DNA from: Shigella phage JK36
Sequence record: MK962754.1
DNA length: 64,000 bases
Reading direction: 5' to 3' (one strand)
This document shows positions 45,017 through 56,298 of this stretch, one piece after another. Both the position numbers and the translations under genes were made by a program. The notes under the pieces were generated by a model, which was not told the origin of the DNA, did not search any database, and was given only the letters and a program-made list of their open reading frames with translations. The number at the start of each line of letters is the position of its first letter. The first letter of the stretch is position 1.

Positions 45017-45923
45017 TAATTACACTTGTTAATTTAGAAAGACCAGATTTTACAAAGTATGAATAAATCTTGCCTTTAGGTTGTGGTTTATATGAGTTAT
45101 AATACTCTATAATGGTTGAAGCAATATTATCAGGGATATAATCAAAATCAATGAGAACCAAATTTTCTTGATACCGTTTATATTCTTCTGCACTTAATAA
45201 TACTTCAGCTTGAGAACGGTCATTGGCAATTGCTTCAATAATCGTTGTTTTCATGCTCGGAGTTCGTTCACCTTCAACTCGAGTAAACCAGAAGTCACCA
45301 CGAACTCGAACAGATGCAACACCATCCTTACGGTCACCTTTAAGGATTTTAGTCATGCAATCAATTTCAGCAGAACCGTTCTTAATTTTAACCCATTTTT
45401 TCTGTGGTGGCGACCACTGTTTAACGTTAGGATATTTGTGTAATTGTGTAAAGTCACCATCTGATGCAACAATACATACCTTATGACCGGCTAATGACAA
45501 ATATTTAGTTAATACACCGATATGGTCATCCGCTTCATACTTGTCAATATCCATTACAACGTATGGCATGTATTTCTTAATCTCATCAACAACTTGATGG
45601 AGTGCAGTAAAATATCCTTCCCAATCCCACTTTGAAGCTTCACGATCGGTTTTACGATTTTTCTTGTAATAGTAAGCAAAGTCACGACGCCAATAACCTG
45701 AAGTAGCATTATCCATACACAATACAAATTTTGTATAGCCTTGCTTACGGAACATCACTACGTTTTTACGAATTGAATTCAAGATTACATGGCGAACCAT
45801 CGGAACAGTAATTTTATCGCCGTCTTCAAAGTTGTTTAATGCGGCTGCCAATGCAATGTTACTAAAGTCGGCAAGTGCAATACCTTCTTTGTAATCTTCA
45901 TCCAACATCATTTCTAAATCCAT
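45006..45923 (-). CDS. rnh: RNase H (5'-3' exonuclease, FEN-1 family)
   Basis: 305 aa (same as T4). Confidence 0.9.
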   Translation of the reverse strand: MDLEMMLDEDYKEGIALADFSNIALAAALNNFEDGDKITVPMVRHVILNSIRKNVVMFRKQGYTKFVLCMDNATSGYWRRDFAYYYKKNRKTDREASKWDWEGYFTALHQVVDEIKKYMPYVVMDIDKYEADDHIGVLTKYLSLAGHKVCIVASDGDFTQLHKYPNVKQWSPPQKKWVKIKNGSAEIDCMTKILKGDRKDGVASVRVRGDFWFTRVEGERTPSMKTTIIEAIANDRSQAEVLLSAEEYKRYQENLVLIDFDYIPDNIASTIIEYYNSYKPQPKGKIYSYFVKSGLSKLTSVINEF

Positions 45924-45951
45924 ATGAACCTCTTGTTCAGTTAGTCAACTT

Positions 45952-45988
45952 GTCTATAGTAACACACTCATTTGAAAGCGTAAACTGG
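45952..45988 (-). promoter_or_regulatory. T4 early-type promoter for rnh (GTTTAC ... TACTAT)
   Basis: minus-strand read GTTTACgctttcaaatgagtgtgtTACTAT. Confidence 0.5.
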
Positions 45989-45996
45989 TATAAATA
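45989..45996 (+). promoter_or_regulatory. late promoter TATAAATA upstream of gene 34
   Basis: exact TATAAATA about 30 nt upstream of the gene 34 ATG. Confidence 0.6.
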
Positions 45997-46026
45997 AGTA
46001 TTATTGAAACAATAAAGGAAAAACGA

Positions 46027-49000
46027 ATGGCCGACATCAAACGTAAGTTCAGAGCCGAAGACGGTCTGGACGCCGGTGGCGACAAGATTGTTAACGTAGC
46101 ATTAGCCGACCGTACAGTAGGTACTGATGGCGTAAACGTTGACTTCCTGGTACAAGAAAACACCGTTCAAGTATATGATTCTACGCGTGGATATAATAAA
46201 GGATTTGTTGTTCTTTATGACAACCGTTTATATCAAGCAATAAATGATATCGTGTCTCCTTCCGGGGCATTTAACCTTTTACAATGGCGTGCAGTTCGTA
46301 CTGATGCACAATGGATAACTGTCGCTTCTGGGACTTATCAACTTTCTTCAGGTGAATCGATTTCGGTTAACACTGGTGCCGGCAATGATATGGTTTTCAC
46401 GTTGCCAAATGCGCCGGTTGATGGTGATACTGTTGTTTTGGCTGATATTGGTGGAAGAACCGGGACAGTTAAAGTACAGATTAACGCGTCTGTGCAGAGT
46501 ATTTTAAACTTTAGAGGTGAACAAGTTCGTACAGTTTTAATGACGCGCCCACGTTCACAACTATTGTTTGTGTTTAGTAATCGTTTGTGGCAGATGTATA
46601 TTACCGATTATGGTAAAGAATCAATCACTGTTACACCTGCGTCACCATATCAAGCACAAGCAAATGATTTTATCGTTCGTCGTTTTACTAGTGCAGCACC
46701 AATCAACATTACACTTCCACGTAATGCTAACAATGGTGATATAATCAGCCTAGTCGATTTAGATAGATTAAACCCACTGTATCATACAATTGTTAAAACA
46801 TTTGATGATACAACGTCTATTGGTGAAGTCGGGACTCATATTGCCGAAGGCAGAAATGACTCTGACGCGTTTTTTGTTTTTGATGCTGCAAGTAGTTTAT
46901 GGCGTATATGGGAAGGCGACCAGAAATCGCGTCTTCGTATTATCCGTGCGGATTCAAATATTCGTCCAAATGAAGAAGTTCTTATTTTTGGCACAAATAA
47001 CGCTACAGCCGGAACTATTAATCTTACGCTGCCTACAGGAATTTTGAGTGGTGACACTGTTAAAATTTCAATGAACTACATGCGTAAAGGCCAAACAGTA
47101 AAAATTAAAGCTGCCGAAGGTGATACAATTGCTTCTTCTGTTGCATTGCTTCAGTTCCCTAAACGTTCTGAATATCCACCTGATGCTCAATGGGTCTCTG
47201 TTACTGAACTAGAATTCAATGGCACTACTTCATATGTTCCTGTATTAGAATTAGCGTATATCGAAGACACTGTTGCTGGTACAAGTTATTGGGTTGTTCA
47301 ACAAAACGTCCCAACTGTAGAACGTGTTGATGCTGGAACTGATGCTACACGAGCTCGTTTAGGTGTTATTGCTCTTGCTACTCAAGCGCAAGCAAATGTT
47401 GATTTAGAGAATACTCCAGCTAAAGAAGTGGCTATTACTCCTGAAACGTTGGCAAATCGTACAGCAACTGAAGCTCGACGTGGTATCGCTAAAATTGCTA
47501 CAACAGCACAAGTTAACCAGAATTCCACAGCATCATTTGTGGACGATACTATTGTTACGCCTAAAAAACTAAATGAGCGTACAGCAACTGAAACTCGTCG
47601 CGGTCTTGCTGAAATTGCTACTCAGACTGAAACCGATGCTGGTCTTGATGACACAACGATTATTACACCTAAGAAATTGCAGGCACGTCAGGGTTCTGAA
47701 ACACTATCAGGTATAGTTAAATATGTATCAACTACTTCTGCTACTCCTGCTGAAACTCGTGGTGCTGCAGGCACTAACGTTTATAATAAAACCGTAAATA
47801 ATTTAACTATTTCTCCTAAAGCCCTTGACCAATATAAAGCAACTTATGCTCAACAAGGTGCAGTAATTTTAGCTGTTGATAGTGAAGTAATTGCTGGTCA
47901 ATCACAAGCAGGTTATTCTCACGCTGTAGTAACTCCTGAAACACTACATAAGAAAACTTCTACTGATGGACGTATTGGTTTAATTGAAATTGCTACGCAA
48001 ACAGAAACTAATGCTGGGACTGATTATACACGTGCAGTAACGCCTAAGACGTTAAATGATAGGAAAGCTACGGAAGGATTATCCGGCATAGCCGAACTTG
48101 CTACGCAAGTTGAATTTGATACTGGAACTGATGATACTCGTATCTCGACTCCACTGAAAATTAAAACTCATTTTGATTCTTCTGACCGTACCAGTGTTAA
48201 TTCTGATTCTGGACTTATTGAAGAAGGAACCTTGTGGAACCATTATACTCTTGATATTTCTAAAGCAAATGAAACACAACGTGGTACACTTCGCGTAGCG
48301 ACTCAGGCAGAATCTAATGCAGGAACTTTAGATGATGTTCTTATTACTCCTAAAAAGCTTTTAGGGACTAAGTCCACTGAAACGTCTGAAGGCGTAATTA
48401 AGGTTGCTACTCAGGCTGAAACTATAACAGGAACTTCTGCTAATACTGCTGTATCTCCTAAGAATTTAAAATGGATTGTCCAGAATGAACCAACATGGGC
48501 TGCTACTACAGCAATTCGTGGATTTGTTAAAACTTCATCTGGTTCAATTACATTCGTTGGTAATGATACAGTTGGTTCAACACAACCTTTAGAATCATAT
48601 GAAAAAAATAGCTATGCTATATCTCCATATGAATTAAACCGTGTATTAGCAAATTATTTGCCATTGAAAGCTAAAGCCGTAGATAGTAATTTATTAGATG
48701 GACTAGATTCATCTCAGTTCATTCGTAGGGACATTGCACAGACGGTTAATGGTTCACTAACCTTAACCCAACAAACGAATCTGAGTGCCCCTCTTGTATC
48801 ATCTAGTACTGCTACGTTTGGTGGTTCGGTATCTGCTAATAGTACACTGACTATTTCTAATACGGGAACAGCTACTCGACTGATTTTTGAAAAAGGACCT
48901 CAGACTGGAACTAACCCAGCACAGACGATGACTATCAGAGTTTGGGGAAATCAGTTTGGTGGCGGATCAGATACAACACGTTCTACTGTATTTGAAGTTG

Positions 49001-49902
49001 GTGATGAAACGTCTAATCATTTTTATTCTCAACGTAATAAAGATGGGAATATAGCGTTTAGCATTAATGGTACTGTGATGCCAATAAATGTTAACGCTTC
49101 AGGCACGTTAAATGCGAATGGTGTTGCAACATTTGGTCGTTCAGTTACAGCCAATGGTGAATTCATTAGCAAGTCTGCAAATGCTTTCAGAGCAATTAGT
49201 GGTGATTACGGATTCTTTATTCGCAATGATGGAGGCAGCACATATTTTATGCTTACTGCATCAGGTGATCAGACTGGTGGATTTAATGGATTACGTCCAT
49301 TATCAATTAATAACCAATCCGGTCAGATTACAATTGGTGAAGGCTTAATCATTGCCAAAGGTGCTACTATAAATTCAGATGGTTTGACTGTTAACTCGAG
49401 AATTCGTTCTCAGGGTACTAAAACATCTGATTTATATACCCGTGCACCAACATCTGATACTGTAGGATTCTGGTCAATCGATATTAACGATTCAGCCACT
49501 TATAACCAGTTCCCAGGTTATTTTAAAATGGTTGAAAAAACTAATGAAGTGACTGGGCTTCCATACTTAGAACGTGGCGAAGAAGTTAAATCTCCTGGTA
49601 CATTGACTCAGTTTGGTAATACACTTGATTCACTTTACCAAGATTGGATTACTTATCCAACAACTCCAGAAGCACGTACAACCCGTTGGACACGTACATG
49701 GCAGAAAACTAAAAATTCTTGGTCAAGTTTTGTTCAGGTATTTGATGGTGGAAACCCTCCTCAACCTTCTGATATTGGTGCTTTACCTTCTGATAATGCA
49801 ACAATCGGAAACTTGACAATAAGGGATTTCTTAAGGATTGGTAATGTCCGCATTATTCCAGACCCTGTGAATAAATCTGTTAAATTCGAGTGGATTGAAT
49901 AA
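46027..49902 (+). CDS. 34: long tail fibre proximal subunit gp34
   Basis: 1291 aa (T4 1289); fibrous internal repeats. Confidence 0.92.
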   Translation: MADIKRKFRAEDGLDAGGDKIVNVALADRTVGTDGVNVDFLVQENTVQVYDSTRGYNKGFVVLYDNRLYQAINDIVSPSGAFNLLQWRAVRTDAQWITVASGTYQLSSGESISVNTGAGNDMVFTLPNAPVDGDTVVLADIGGRTGTVKVQINASVQSILNFRGEQVRTVLMTRPRSQLLFVFSNRLWQMYITDYGKESITVTPASPYQAQANDFIVRRFTSAAPINITLPRNANNGDIISLVDLDRLNPLYHTIVKTFDDTTSIGEVGTHIAEGRNDSDAFFVFDAASSLWRIWEGDQKSRLRIIRADSNIRPNEEVLIFGTNNATAGTINLTLPTGILSGDTVKISMNYMRKGQTVKIKAAEGDTIASSVALLQFPKRSEYPPDAQWVSVTELEFNGTTSYVPVLELAYIEDTVAGTSYWVVQQNVPTVERVDAGTDATRARLGVIALATQAQANVDLENTPAKEVAITPETLANRTATEARRGIAKIATTAQVNQNSTASFVDDTIVTPKKLNERTATETRRGLAEIATQTETDAGLDDTTIITPKKLQARQGSETLSGIVKYVSTTSATPAETRGAAGTNVYNKTVNNLTISPKALDQYKATYAQQGAVILAVDSEVIAGQSQAGYSHAVVTPETLHKKTSTDGRIGLIEIATQTETNAGTDYTRAVTPKTLNDRKATEGLSGIAELATQVEFDTGTDDTRISTPLKIKTHFDSSDRTSVNSDSGLIEEGTLWNHYTLDISKANETQRGTLRVATQAESNAGTLDDVLITPKKLLGTKSTETSEGVIKVATQAETITGTSANTAVSPKNLKWIVQNEPTWAATTAIRGFVKTSSGSITFVGNDTVGSTQPLESYEKNSYAISPYELNRVLANYLPLKAKAVDSNLLDGLDSSQFIRRDIAQTVNGSLTLTQQTNLSAPLVSSSTATFGGSVSANSTLTISNTGTATRLIFEKGPQTGTNPAQTMTIRVWGNQFGGGSDTTRSTVFEVGDETSNHFYSQRNKDGNIAFSINGTVMPINVNASGTLNANGVATFGRSVTANGEFISKSANAFRAISGDYGFFIRNDGGSTYFMLTASGDQTGGFNGLRPLSINNQSGQITIGEGLIIAKGATINSDGLTVNSRIRSQGTKTSDLYTRAPTSDTVGFWSIDINDSATYNQFPGYFKMVEKTNEVTGLPYLERGEEVKSPGTLTQFGNTLDSLYQDWITYPTTPEARTTRWTRTWQKTKNSWSSFVQVFDGGNPPQPSDIGALPSDNATIGNLTIRDFLRIGNVRIIPDPVNKSVKFEWIE
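47340..48480 (+). repeat. degenerate tandem peptide repeats inside gp34 (about 35-40 aa units, ...ATQxExxxGxDDTxxxTPKKL...)
   Basis: repeated motif visible in the translated protein at least 7 times. Confidence 0.6.
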
Positions 49903-49910
49903 GAGGTATT

Positions 49911-51038
49911 ATGGAAAAATTTATGGCTAAGTTTGGACAAGGATACGTCCAAACGCCATTTTTATCGGAAAGCAATTCAGTACGATTTAAATTAAGCATA
50001 GCGGGCTCTTGCCCGCTATCAACATCTCCTGCTTATATTAAGTTCCAGGATAATCCACTTGGGTCCCAGGTTTTTTCCGTTGGATTAAACGTTCGTGTAA
50101 TAAATCCTACAACGGGTGCAGTAGTTGAATCTAAGACATATAATTTCTCTACTGAAAACGACGCCACGTCAAGTGCATTTGTTACTTTCATGGACACATA
50201 TTCTTCAAATTTTATATTTGCTCTTGTTACTAACGCTAAAACAAACTTTCCGCCAGAAGTTCTTGCATGGTTTAATAAAGCCGGAAGTTCTGCTATTCCA
50301 TTAGCTCAACAAGTTTTAAATATAGTGGACATTTCTTATTCGGCATTTTATATTTCTGGTAAGAATGCTATAGCACTAGAACATATTAAGTATAGTAATA
50401 AGAAAACTTCAACCGACTATAGTACACCACTTGATGTTGTGTACGACACGATCGATGATATTGGTGCTACCGGCTTCCCTAGTCGTACGTACGAATCGAC
50501 AGACACATTTTTATCTGCTGTTGGAGGTACTAATAATGAAATTAAAAGGATGCCTACAACGTCCATTATTACACCTCTCGCTGGGTATAAATTGAAGCCT
50601 GGAGATTTCCTTTATATGAAATTCCAACTAATGGCCGATGCTGATTTGTTAGCACAAGGGACGACACGACTTTCTATTCGTTTCTTTAAATCTCCTTCTA
50701 CTTCACCTATTTCATTTAAGGATATAAACTTTGATGGGGGCGCAGGTGAATGGAAGATATATGAAGACTACATAGAAATTCCTGCTGGTGCTGACGGGTT
50801 CACGATTTATTGTTATCGTACAGCTCCAGTAGGGCAAGGTGGATTAAGAAACGTTATATTAACTGAAGTATCATGCAATGGAAGCGTTTCAAAACCTGCT
50901 GAGTTTGGTATAAATGGTATTCGTGTAAATTATGTTTCAGAATCTTTAAGTGCTCCAGACATAATGACATTACCTACTCAATCTTCAACTTATACCGGTA
51001 AGGTATTTGGACAAGAATTTAAAGAAGCATCAGAATAA
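49911..51038 (+). CDS. 35: long tail fibre hinge connector gp35
   Basis: 375 aa, synteny. Confidence 0.88.
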   Translation: MEKFMAKFGQGYVQTPFLSESNSVRFKLSIAGSCPLSTSPAYIKFQDNPLGSQVFSVGLNVRVINPTTGAVVESKTYNFSTENDATSSAFVTFMDTYSSNFIFALVTNAKTNFPPEVLAWFNKAGSSAIPLAQQVLNIVDISYSAFYISGKNAIALEHIKYSNKKTSTDYSTPLDVVYDTIDDIGATGFPSRTYESTDTFLSAVGGTNNEIKRMPTTSIITPLAGYKLKPGDFLYMKFQLMADADLLAQGTTRLSIRFFKSPSTSPISFKDINFDGGAGEWKIYEDYIEIPAGADGFTIYCYRTAPVGQGGLRNVILTEVSCNGSVSKPAEFGINGIRVNYVSESLSAPDIMTLPTQSSTYTGKVFGQEFKEASE

Positions 51039-51043
51039 ATTTA

Positions 51044-51068
51044 GGGAGACTTCGGTCTCCCATTTTTG
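51044..51068 (+). terminator. hairpin GGGAGACUUCGGUCUCCC + U-tract after gene 35
   Basis: same hairpin sequence as the one after gene 23. Confidence 0.7.
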
Positions 51069-51076
51069 TATAAATA
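51069..51076 (+). promoter_or_regulatory. late promoter TATAAATA upstream of gene 36
   Basis: exact TATAAATA about 25 nt upstream of the gene 36 ATG. Confidence 0.6.
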
Positions 51077-51100
51077 TGGTATACATATAAGGAGACAACT

Positions 51101-51766
51101 ATGGCCGATTTAAAAGCTGGTAGTACAACTGGCGGTGCCGTTATATGGCATCAAGGTAATTTCCCTTTAATGCCAGCAGGTGATGACGTCCTGTATAAAA
51201 CGTTTAAACTCTATTCAGAATATAATAAACCACAAGCTGCTGATAACGATTTCGTTTCTAAAGCTAATGGTGGTACTTATGCATCAAAGGTAACATTTAA
51301 CAGCGGTGTTCAAATACCATATGCTATAAACAATACAAATCAATCTGGTATTTATCCTGGTAATGGAGATGCAGCTACTTTTGTTACAGCAAATATTGAT
51401 ATTGTTTCGTGGTATGGTATTGGTTTTAAATCATCACAAGGAACAGCGGGTAGAACTGTAGTAATCAATACACGTAATGGCGATATTAATACAAAGGGCG
51501 TTGTATCTGCTTCAGGACAAGTAAGAAGCGATATGACTGCTCCGGTTGCAGCAAATGATCTCACAAGAAAAGATTATGTTGATGGACGAATAAATATTGT
51601 TACGGATAACGCAAATTCCCGTGTATTGCGTAAAGGCGATACCATGACTGGTACTTTAACAGCACCAAACTTTTTCTCACAGAATCCGGCGTCTGAGGCT
51701 AATCATGTTCCTCGTTTCGACCAAATCGTAATTAAGGATTCTGTTCAAGATTTCGGCTATTATTAA
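51101..51766 (+). CDS. 36: long tail fibre distal subunit connector gp36
   Basis: 221 aa (same as T4). Confidence 0.9.
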   Translation: MADLKAGSTTGGAVIWHQGNFPLMPAGDDVLYKTFKLYSEYNKPQAADNDFVSKANGGTYASKVTFNSGVQIPYAINNTNQSGIYPGNGDAATFVTANIDIVSWYGIGFKSSQGTAGRTVVINTRNGDINTKGVVSASGQVRSDMTAPVAANDLTRKDYVDGRINIVTDNANSRVLRKGDTMTGTLTAPNFFSQNPASEANHVPRFDQIVIKDSVQDFGYY

Positions 51767-51774
51767 GAGGACTT

Positions 51775-54700
51775 ATGGCTACTTTAAAACAAATACAATT
51801 TAAAAGAAGCAAAACCGCAGGTGCACGTCCTGCTGCTTCAGTATTAGCCGAAGGTGAATTGGCTATAAACTTAAAAGATAGAACTCTTTTTACTAAAGAT
51901 GATTCAGGAAATATCATCGATTTAAGCATTTCCGCTGGCGGTAATATCAGTGGAAATATCACTCAAACTGGTGATTATACACAGACTGGAAAATTTAATT
52001 TAATTGGCCCACAGATTATAGCAAGTGGTGGATATATTGAGTTTAATTATCGTACTACTGGAAGTGGGGCTTGGTCCGGTCAACACACTGCAAAAGCTCC
52101 AATTTTTGTAGATTTAAGCTCAGCTACTTCCACATCTGAATATAATCCTATAATTAAACAGCGCTTTAAAGATGGAACTTTTTCATTAGGTACTTTAGTT
52201 TCTGAAGGTTCGTTAAAGATTCATTATATTGATGAAACTGGTCAATCTAAATATTGGACATTTGCGCGCTCAGGTAATTTTCAAGTTGATTCTGGTAATT
52301 TATTAGTATCTGGTGGGTATTTAGTCGCTCAGAGTAATATTGAAACAAGAACAGGTTCTTTGATTGGTCCATCTGTTGTAACTAAAAATATTTCATTTGA
52401 TACGAAAGCGTTTGGACAATACGATTCGCAGTCATTAGTTCAATATGTTTATCCTGGAACTGGTGAAACAAACGGAATTAATTACCTTCGTAAATTCCGT
52501 GCAAAATCTGGTGGTACGATTTATCATGAATTAGCTTCTGCACAAACCGGAAAAAGCGATGAACTGTCTTGGTGGACCGGTAATACAGCCGTTAATAAAC
52601 AAATGGGCCTTCGCAATGATGGGTCTTTAGTGTTGCGACGCTCACTCGCAATTGGTACAATTACAACAGATGAAAACATTAATAATTACGGCTCCACTGG
52701 AGCAATGGGTGAATGCTATATAGTCATTGGAGATGCCGCAACTGGTGTATCATATAAAAGATCTGGTGTATATGATTTAGTTGCTAATGGTCTTTCTATC
52801 GCGTCTATTACTCCTGACAGTTTCCGTAGTACTCGTAAAGCATTATTTGGACGTTCAGAAGACCAAGGCGGAACATGGAATATGCCTGGAACGAACGCTG
52901 CGCTTTTATCAGTTCAAACACAAGCTGATGGAAACTCTGCCGGTGATGGTCAAACCCACATTGGATATAATTCTGGCGGTAAAATGAATCATTATTTTCG
53001 TGGTACTGGTCAGATGAATATCAATACCCAACAAGGTATGGAAATTAATCCAGGACTGTTGAAACTAACAACCGGTACAAACAATGTAATGTTTTATGCT
53101 GATGGCGGTATTACATCCACTAAGCAGCTTTCAATATATAATGGTGTATATTTAGCAGCTAATAATTCTACTGCTGGGCTAACATTCGCTCCAACTACTA
53201 CAGTTGATGGCACTAAGCAAATTTTGTGGGAAGGCGGTACTCGTCCTGGTCAGAATAAAAGCTATGTAACTGTTAAAGCGTGGGGTAATTCATTTAACGC
53301 ATCTGGCGATCGTAATCGTGAAACAGTTTTTGAAGTAGCTGACGGACAAGGTTATTATTTTTATTCCCAACGCGTAGCCCCAAGCGGCTCAGAAACTACT
53401 GGTCCTGTTGTAACCCAGTTCAATGGACAAGTTAATGCTAGAGGAAGTATTATTACTGACGGAAGTTTTAAAGTTAATGGATTAAGCACTTTAGTCGGTA
53501 ATGTTACCATGTCTAACGGTTTGTTTGTCCAAGGTGGTTCTTCTATTACTGGACAAGTAAAAATTGGTGGAACAGCTGATGCATTAAGAATTTGGAATGC
53601 CGAATATGGTGCCATTTTCCGCCGTTCAGAAGCATCATTACATATTATCCCGACTCCTAAAGATGCCGGTGAAAGTGGTGGAATAAGTAATCTCCGCCCG
53701 TTAAGTATTAGTCTTAATAATGGTATGGTACAAATGCGCCATTCCGTTACATTAGGTGATGATGGTGCAGGCGGTAATATGGTGACGGTTGATAATGATT
53801 CTAAAGTTATGGTAATGACGACTAATAGCCGTATTAGTCCTAACTTCCGTATGCAAATTGGACAGTCGTCTTATATTGATGTGGAATGTACTGATGCTGT
53901 GAGACCTGCTGGAGCCGGTTCTTTTGCTTCACAGAATAACGAAAACGTTCGCGCTCCGTTCTATATGAATATTGATAGAACAGATACAAGCACTTATGTT
54001 CCTATTGTGAAACAAAGATACGTTCAAAATAATAGTTGCTATTCTATTGGTACTTTAATTAATGGTGGTAACTTTAGAGTTCATTATCATGAAGGCGGTG
54101 ACGGCGTTTCTACTGGTGCTATTATAAAGGATCTTGGATGGGAATTTAATAAAAACGGTGATTTTTATTCTCCTGGTAAATTAGGCGCTGGAAATATTAG
54201 AATAGGTACTGATGGTAATATTACTGGCGGAACTGGTAACTTTGCTAACTTGAACACAACTATCGAATCATTAAAAACCGATATTGTTTCAAGTTATCCT
54301 ATTGGAGCTCCTATTCCATGGCCTACAGATACTCCTCCTAATGGTTACGCTATTATGGAAGGACAGACTTTTGATAAGTCTGCATACCCAAAATTGGCTA
54401 TAGCTTACCCATCTGGAGTAATTCCTGATATGCGCGGGCAAACTATCAAAGGTAAACCAAGCGGTCGTGCTGTATTAAGCGCAGAAGCCGATGGTGTTAA
54501 GGCTCATAGCCATAGTGCATCGGCTTCAAGTACTGACTTGGGTACTAAAACTACGTCGAGTTTTGATTATGGTACTAAGACGACAAGTAGCTTTGACTAT
54601 GGCACTAAGACTAGCAATACCACAGGTAACCACTCTCATACTGTAAGCGGTACTACGAGTTCTGCTGGTGCACACCAACATGCGCGCTCAGGTCCTCAGA

Positions 54701-55050
54701 TACAAGCCGGCATACCCAATAACATATTCTATGACGGATATAATAGTGTAGGTGCAAACGCCAACGCTAAATTCACTGGAACCGTGAACGGTGCTACTGC
54801 AGGGTCGAATATAGCCAAAACTTCTTCAGACGGTGCTCATACCCATACTTGGTCTGGTACTACAAGCACTACAGGTAACCATGCTCACACAGTAGGTATT
54901 GGTGCTCATACCCATACTGTAGGTATCGGTGCCCACTCTCATTCGGTAGCGATTGGTTCCCATGGACATACAATAACTGTAAATGCCACAGGAAATACAG
55001 AAAACACAGTTAAAAACGTTGCTTTTAACTATATCGTTCGTTTAGCATAA
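51775..55050 (+). CDS. 37: long tail fibre distal subunit gp37 (receptor-binding tip with His-x-His boxes)
   Basis: 1091 aa; C-terminal GHSHTV / AHTHTW / [16 protein letters not shown] motifs as in T4-type gp37. Confidence 0.9.
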   Translation: MATLKQIQFKRSKTAGARPAASVLAEGELAINLKDRTLFTKDDSGNIIDLSISAGGNISGNITQTGDYTQTGKFNLIGPQIIASGGYIEFNYRTTGSGAWSGQHTAKAPIFVDLSSATSTSEYNPIIKQRFKDGTFSLGTLVSEGSLKIHYIDETGQSKYWTFARSGNFQVDSGNLLVSGGYLVAQSNIETRTGSLIGPSVVTKNISFDTKAFGQYDSQSLVQYVYPGTGETNGINYLRKFRAKSGGTIYHELASAQTGKSDELSWWTGNTAVNKQMGLRNDGSLVLRRSLAIGTITTDENINNYGSTGAMGECYIVIGDAATGVSYKRSGVYDLVANGLSIASITPDSFRSTRKALFGRSEDQGGTWNMPGTNAALLSVQTQADGNSAGDGQTHIGYNSGGKMNHYFRGTGQMNINTQQGMEINPGLLKLTTGTNNVMFYADGGITSTKQLSIYNGVYLAANNSTAGLTFAPTTTVDGTKQILWEGGTRPGQNKSYVTVKAWGNSFNASGDRNRETVFEVADGQGYYFYSQRVAPSGSETTGPVVTQFNGQVNARGSIITDGSFKVNGLSTLVGNVTMSNGLFVQGGSSITGQVKIGGTADALRIWNAEYGAIFRRSEASLHIIPTPKDAGESGGISNLRPLSISLNNGMVQMRHSVTLGDDGAGGNMVTVDNDSKVMVMTTNSRISPNFRMQIGQSSYIDVECTDAVRPAGAGSFASQNNENVRAPFYMNIDRTDTSTYVPIVKQRYVQNNSCYSIGTLINGGNFRVHYHEGGDGVSTGAIIKDLGWEFNKNGDFYSPGKLGAGNIRIGTDGNITGGTGNFANLNTTIESLKTDIVSSYPIGAPIPWPTDTPPNGYAIMEGQTFDKSAYPKLAIAYPSGVIPDMRGQTIKGKPSGRAVLSAEADGVKAHSHSASASSTDLGTKTTSSFDYGTKTTSSFDYGTKTSNTTGNHSHTVSGTTSSAGAHQHARSGPQIQAGIPNNIFYDGYNSVGANANAKFTGTVNGATAGSNIAKTSSDGAHTHTWSGTTSTTGNHAHTVGIGAHTHTVGIGAHSHSVAIGSHGHTITVNATGNTENTVKNVAFNYIVRLA
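54541..54615 (+). repeat. 30-bp tandem repeat (2.5 copies) encoding [10 protein letters not shown], with synonymous divergence between copies
   Basis: ggtactaaaactacgtcgagttttgattat / ggtactaagacgacaagtagctttgactat / ggcactaagact... Confidence 0.8.
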
Positions 55051-55055
55051 GGAGA

Positions 55056-55069
55056 GGGGCTTCGGCCCC
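55056..55069 (+). promoter_or_regulatory. intercistronic hairpin GGGGCUUCGGCCCC between 37 and 38 (no U-tract)
   Basis: GC stem-loop 8 nt before the gene 38 ATG. Confidence 0.5.
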
Positions 55070-55077
55070 TTCTAAAT

Positions 55078-55629
55078 ATGAAAATATATCATTATTATTT
55101 TGACACTAAAGAATTTTACAAAGAAGAAAATTACAAACCGATTAAAGGTATGGGTCTTCCAGCTCACTCGACATCTAAAAAACCTTTAGACCCTAAAGAA
55201 GGCTATGCTGTTTTATTTGATGAACGCGAACAAGAATGGGTGTATGTTGAAGACCATCGTGGAAAAACAGTATGGACTTATGATAAGCAAAAAATTGTTA
55301 TTGACACTCCAGGTGCTCTTCAAAATGTTACTACAGAAGAACCTGGTGAATTTGACATTTGGACCGGTGACGGGTGGAAGGAAGATGAAGCATATAAACG
55401 CGTAGTTCAACGTGATAAGAAAATTCATGAACTCTATAAATTATTCAGTGTTTTAAGTTCTCTTATTGACGCAGAGGTTGCTAATAGAGAAGAAAAACGA
55501 AAATTTAAAGAGCTCAAAAAATTCTTTGCCCTTTTAGAAAAACATGAACATCTTGGCGGTGAATTCCCTAAATTCCCTGACCTTGAAAACAAATCTATTA
55601 TCAAAGCGATTATAAATATCTTTAAGTAA
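55078..55629 (+). CDS. 38: gp38, T4-type tail fibre assembly chaperone
   Basis: 183 aa (same as T4 gp38); N-terminus MKIYHYYFDTKEFYKEENYKP matches remembered T4 gp38. Confidence 0.9.
   Translation: MKIYHYYFDTKEFYKEENYKPIKGMGLPAHSTSKKPLDPKEGYAVLFDEREQEWVYVEDHRGKTVWTYDKQKIVIDTPGALQNVTTEEPGEFDIWTGDGWKEDEAYKRVVQRDKKIHELYKLFSVLSSLIDAEVANREEKRKFKELKKFFALLEKHEHLGGEFPKFPDLENKSIIKAIINIFK
55611..55618 (+). promoter_or_regulatory. late promoter TATAAATA upstream of t (inside 3' end of gene 38)
   Basis: exact TATAAATA about 20 nt upstream of the t ATG. Confidence 0.55.
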
Positions 55630-55638
55630 GGAGGTATT

Positions 55639-56298
55639 ATGGCAACACCAAAAGTGTCATTTTCGCCTAGTGATATTCTATTTGGGTTGCTAGATCGTAT
55701 TTTCAAAGATAACGCTACTGGAAAGGTTTTAATGTCCCGAGTAGCGGTAATTATTCTTTTGTTCCTAATGGCACTAATATGGTACAAAGGAAGTATTTTG
55801 CTGGATTATTATGTAAGAGCTAAGTATGATACTTATACTGAAATAATCCAAAAAGAACGAGCTTTACGTTTTGAATCTGCGGCTCTAGAACAACTGCAAA
55901 TAGTTCATATCTCATCTGGTGCAGATTTTAGTGCTGTGTATTCTTTCAGACCTAAAAACTTAAATTATTTTGTCGACCTTATAGCTTATGAAGGCAAACT
56001 ACCTAGCACAATTTCTGAAAAGTCCCTTGGCGGATTCCCGGTGGATAAAACGGCCAATGAATATATAATTCATTTAAGTGGCCGTCATTTCTCATCTAAA
56101 TCAGAATTTGCATTTTTGCCTACAAAATCTAAGACTGCCGAACTTTCTTATATGTATAGTTGTCCATACTTTAATTTGGATAACATCTATGCTGGAACTG
56201 TGACGATGTATTGGTATAAGGGGAATAATATACTTGAGGAAGATCGCTTAGCGGCTATATGCAACCAAGCGGTCCGAATACTAGGAAGGGCTAAATAA
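55639..56298 (+). CDS. t: holin T
   Basis: 219 aa; one N-terminal TM helix plus large periplasmic domain; matches remembered T4 T. Confidence 0.92.
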   Translation: MATPKVSFSPSDILFGLLDRIFKDNATGKVLMSRVAVIILLFLMALIWYKGSILLDYYVRAKYDTYTEIIQKERALRFESAALEQLQIVHISSGADFSAVYSFRPKNLNYFVDLIAYEGKLPSTISEKSLGGFPVDKTANEYIIHLSGRHFSSKSEFAFLPTKSKTAELSYMYSCPYFNLDNIYAGTVTMYWYKGNNILEEDRLAAICNQAVRILGRAK

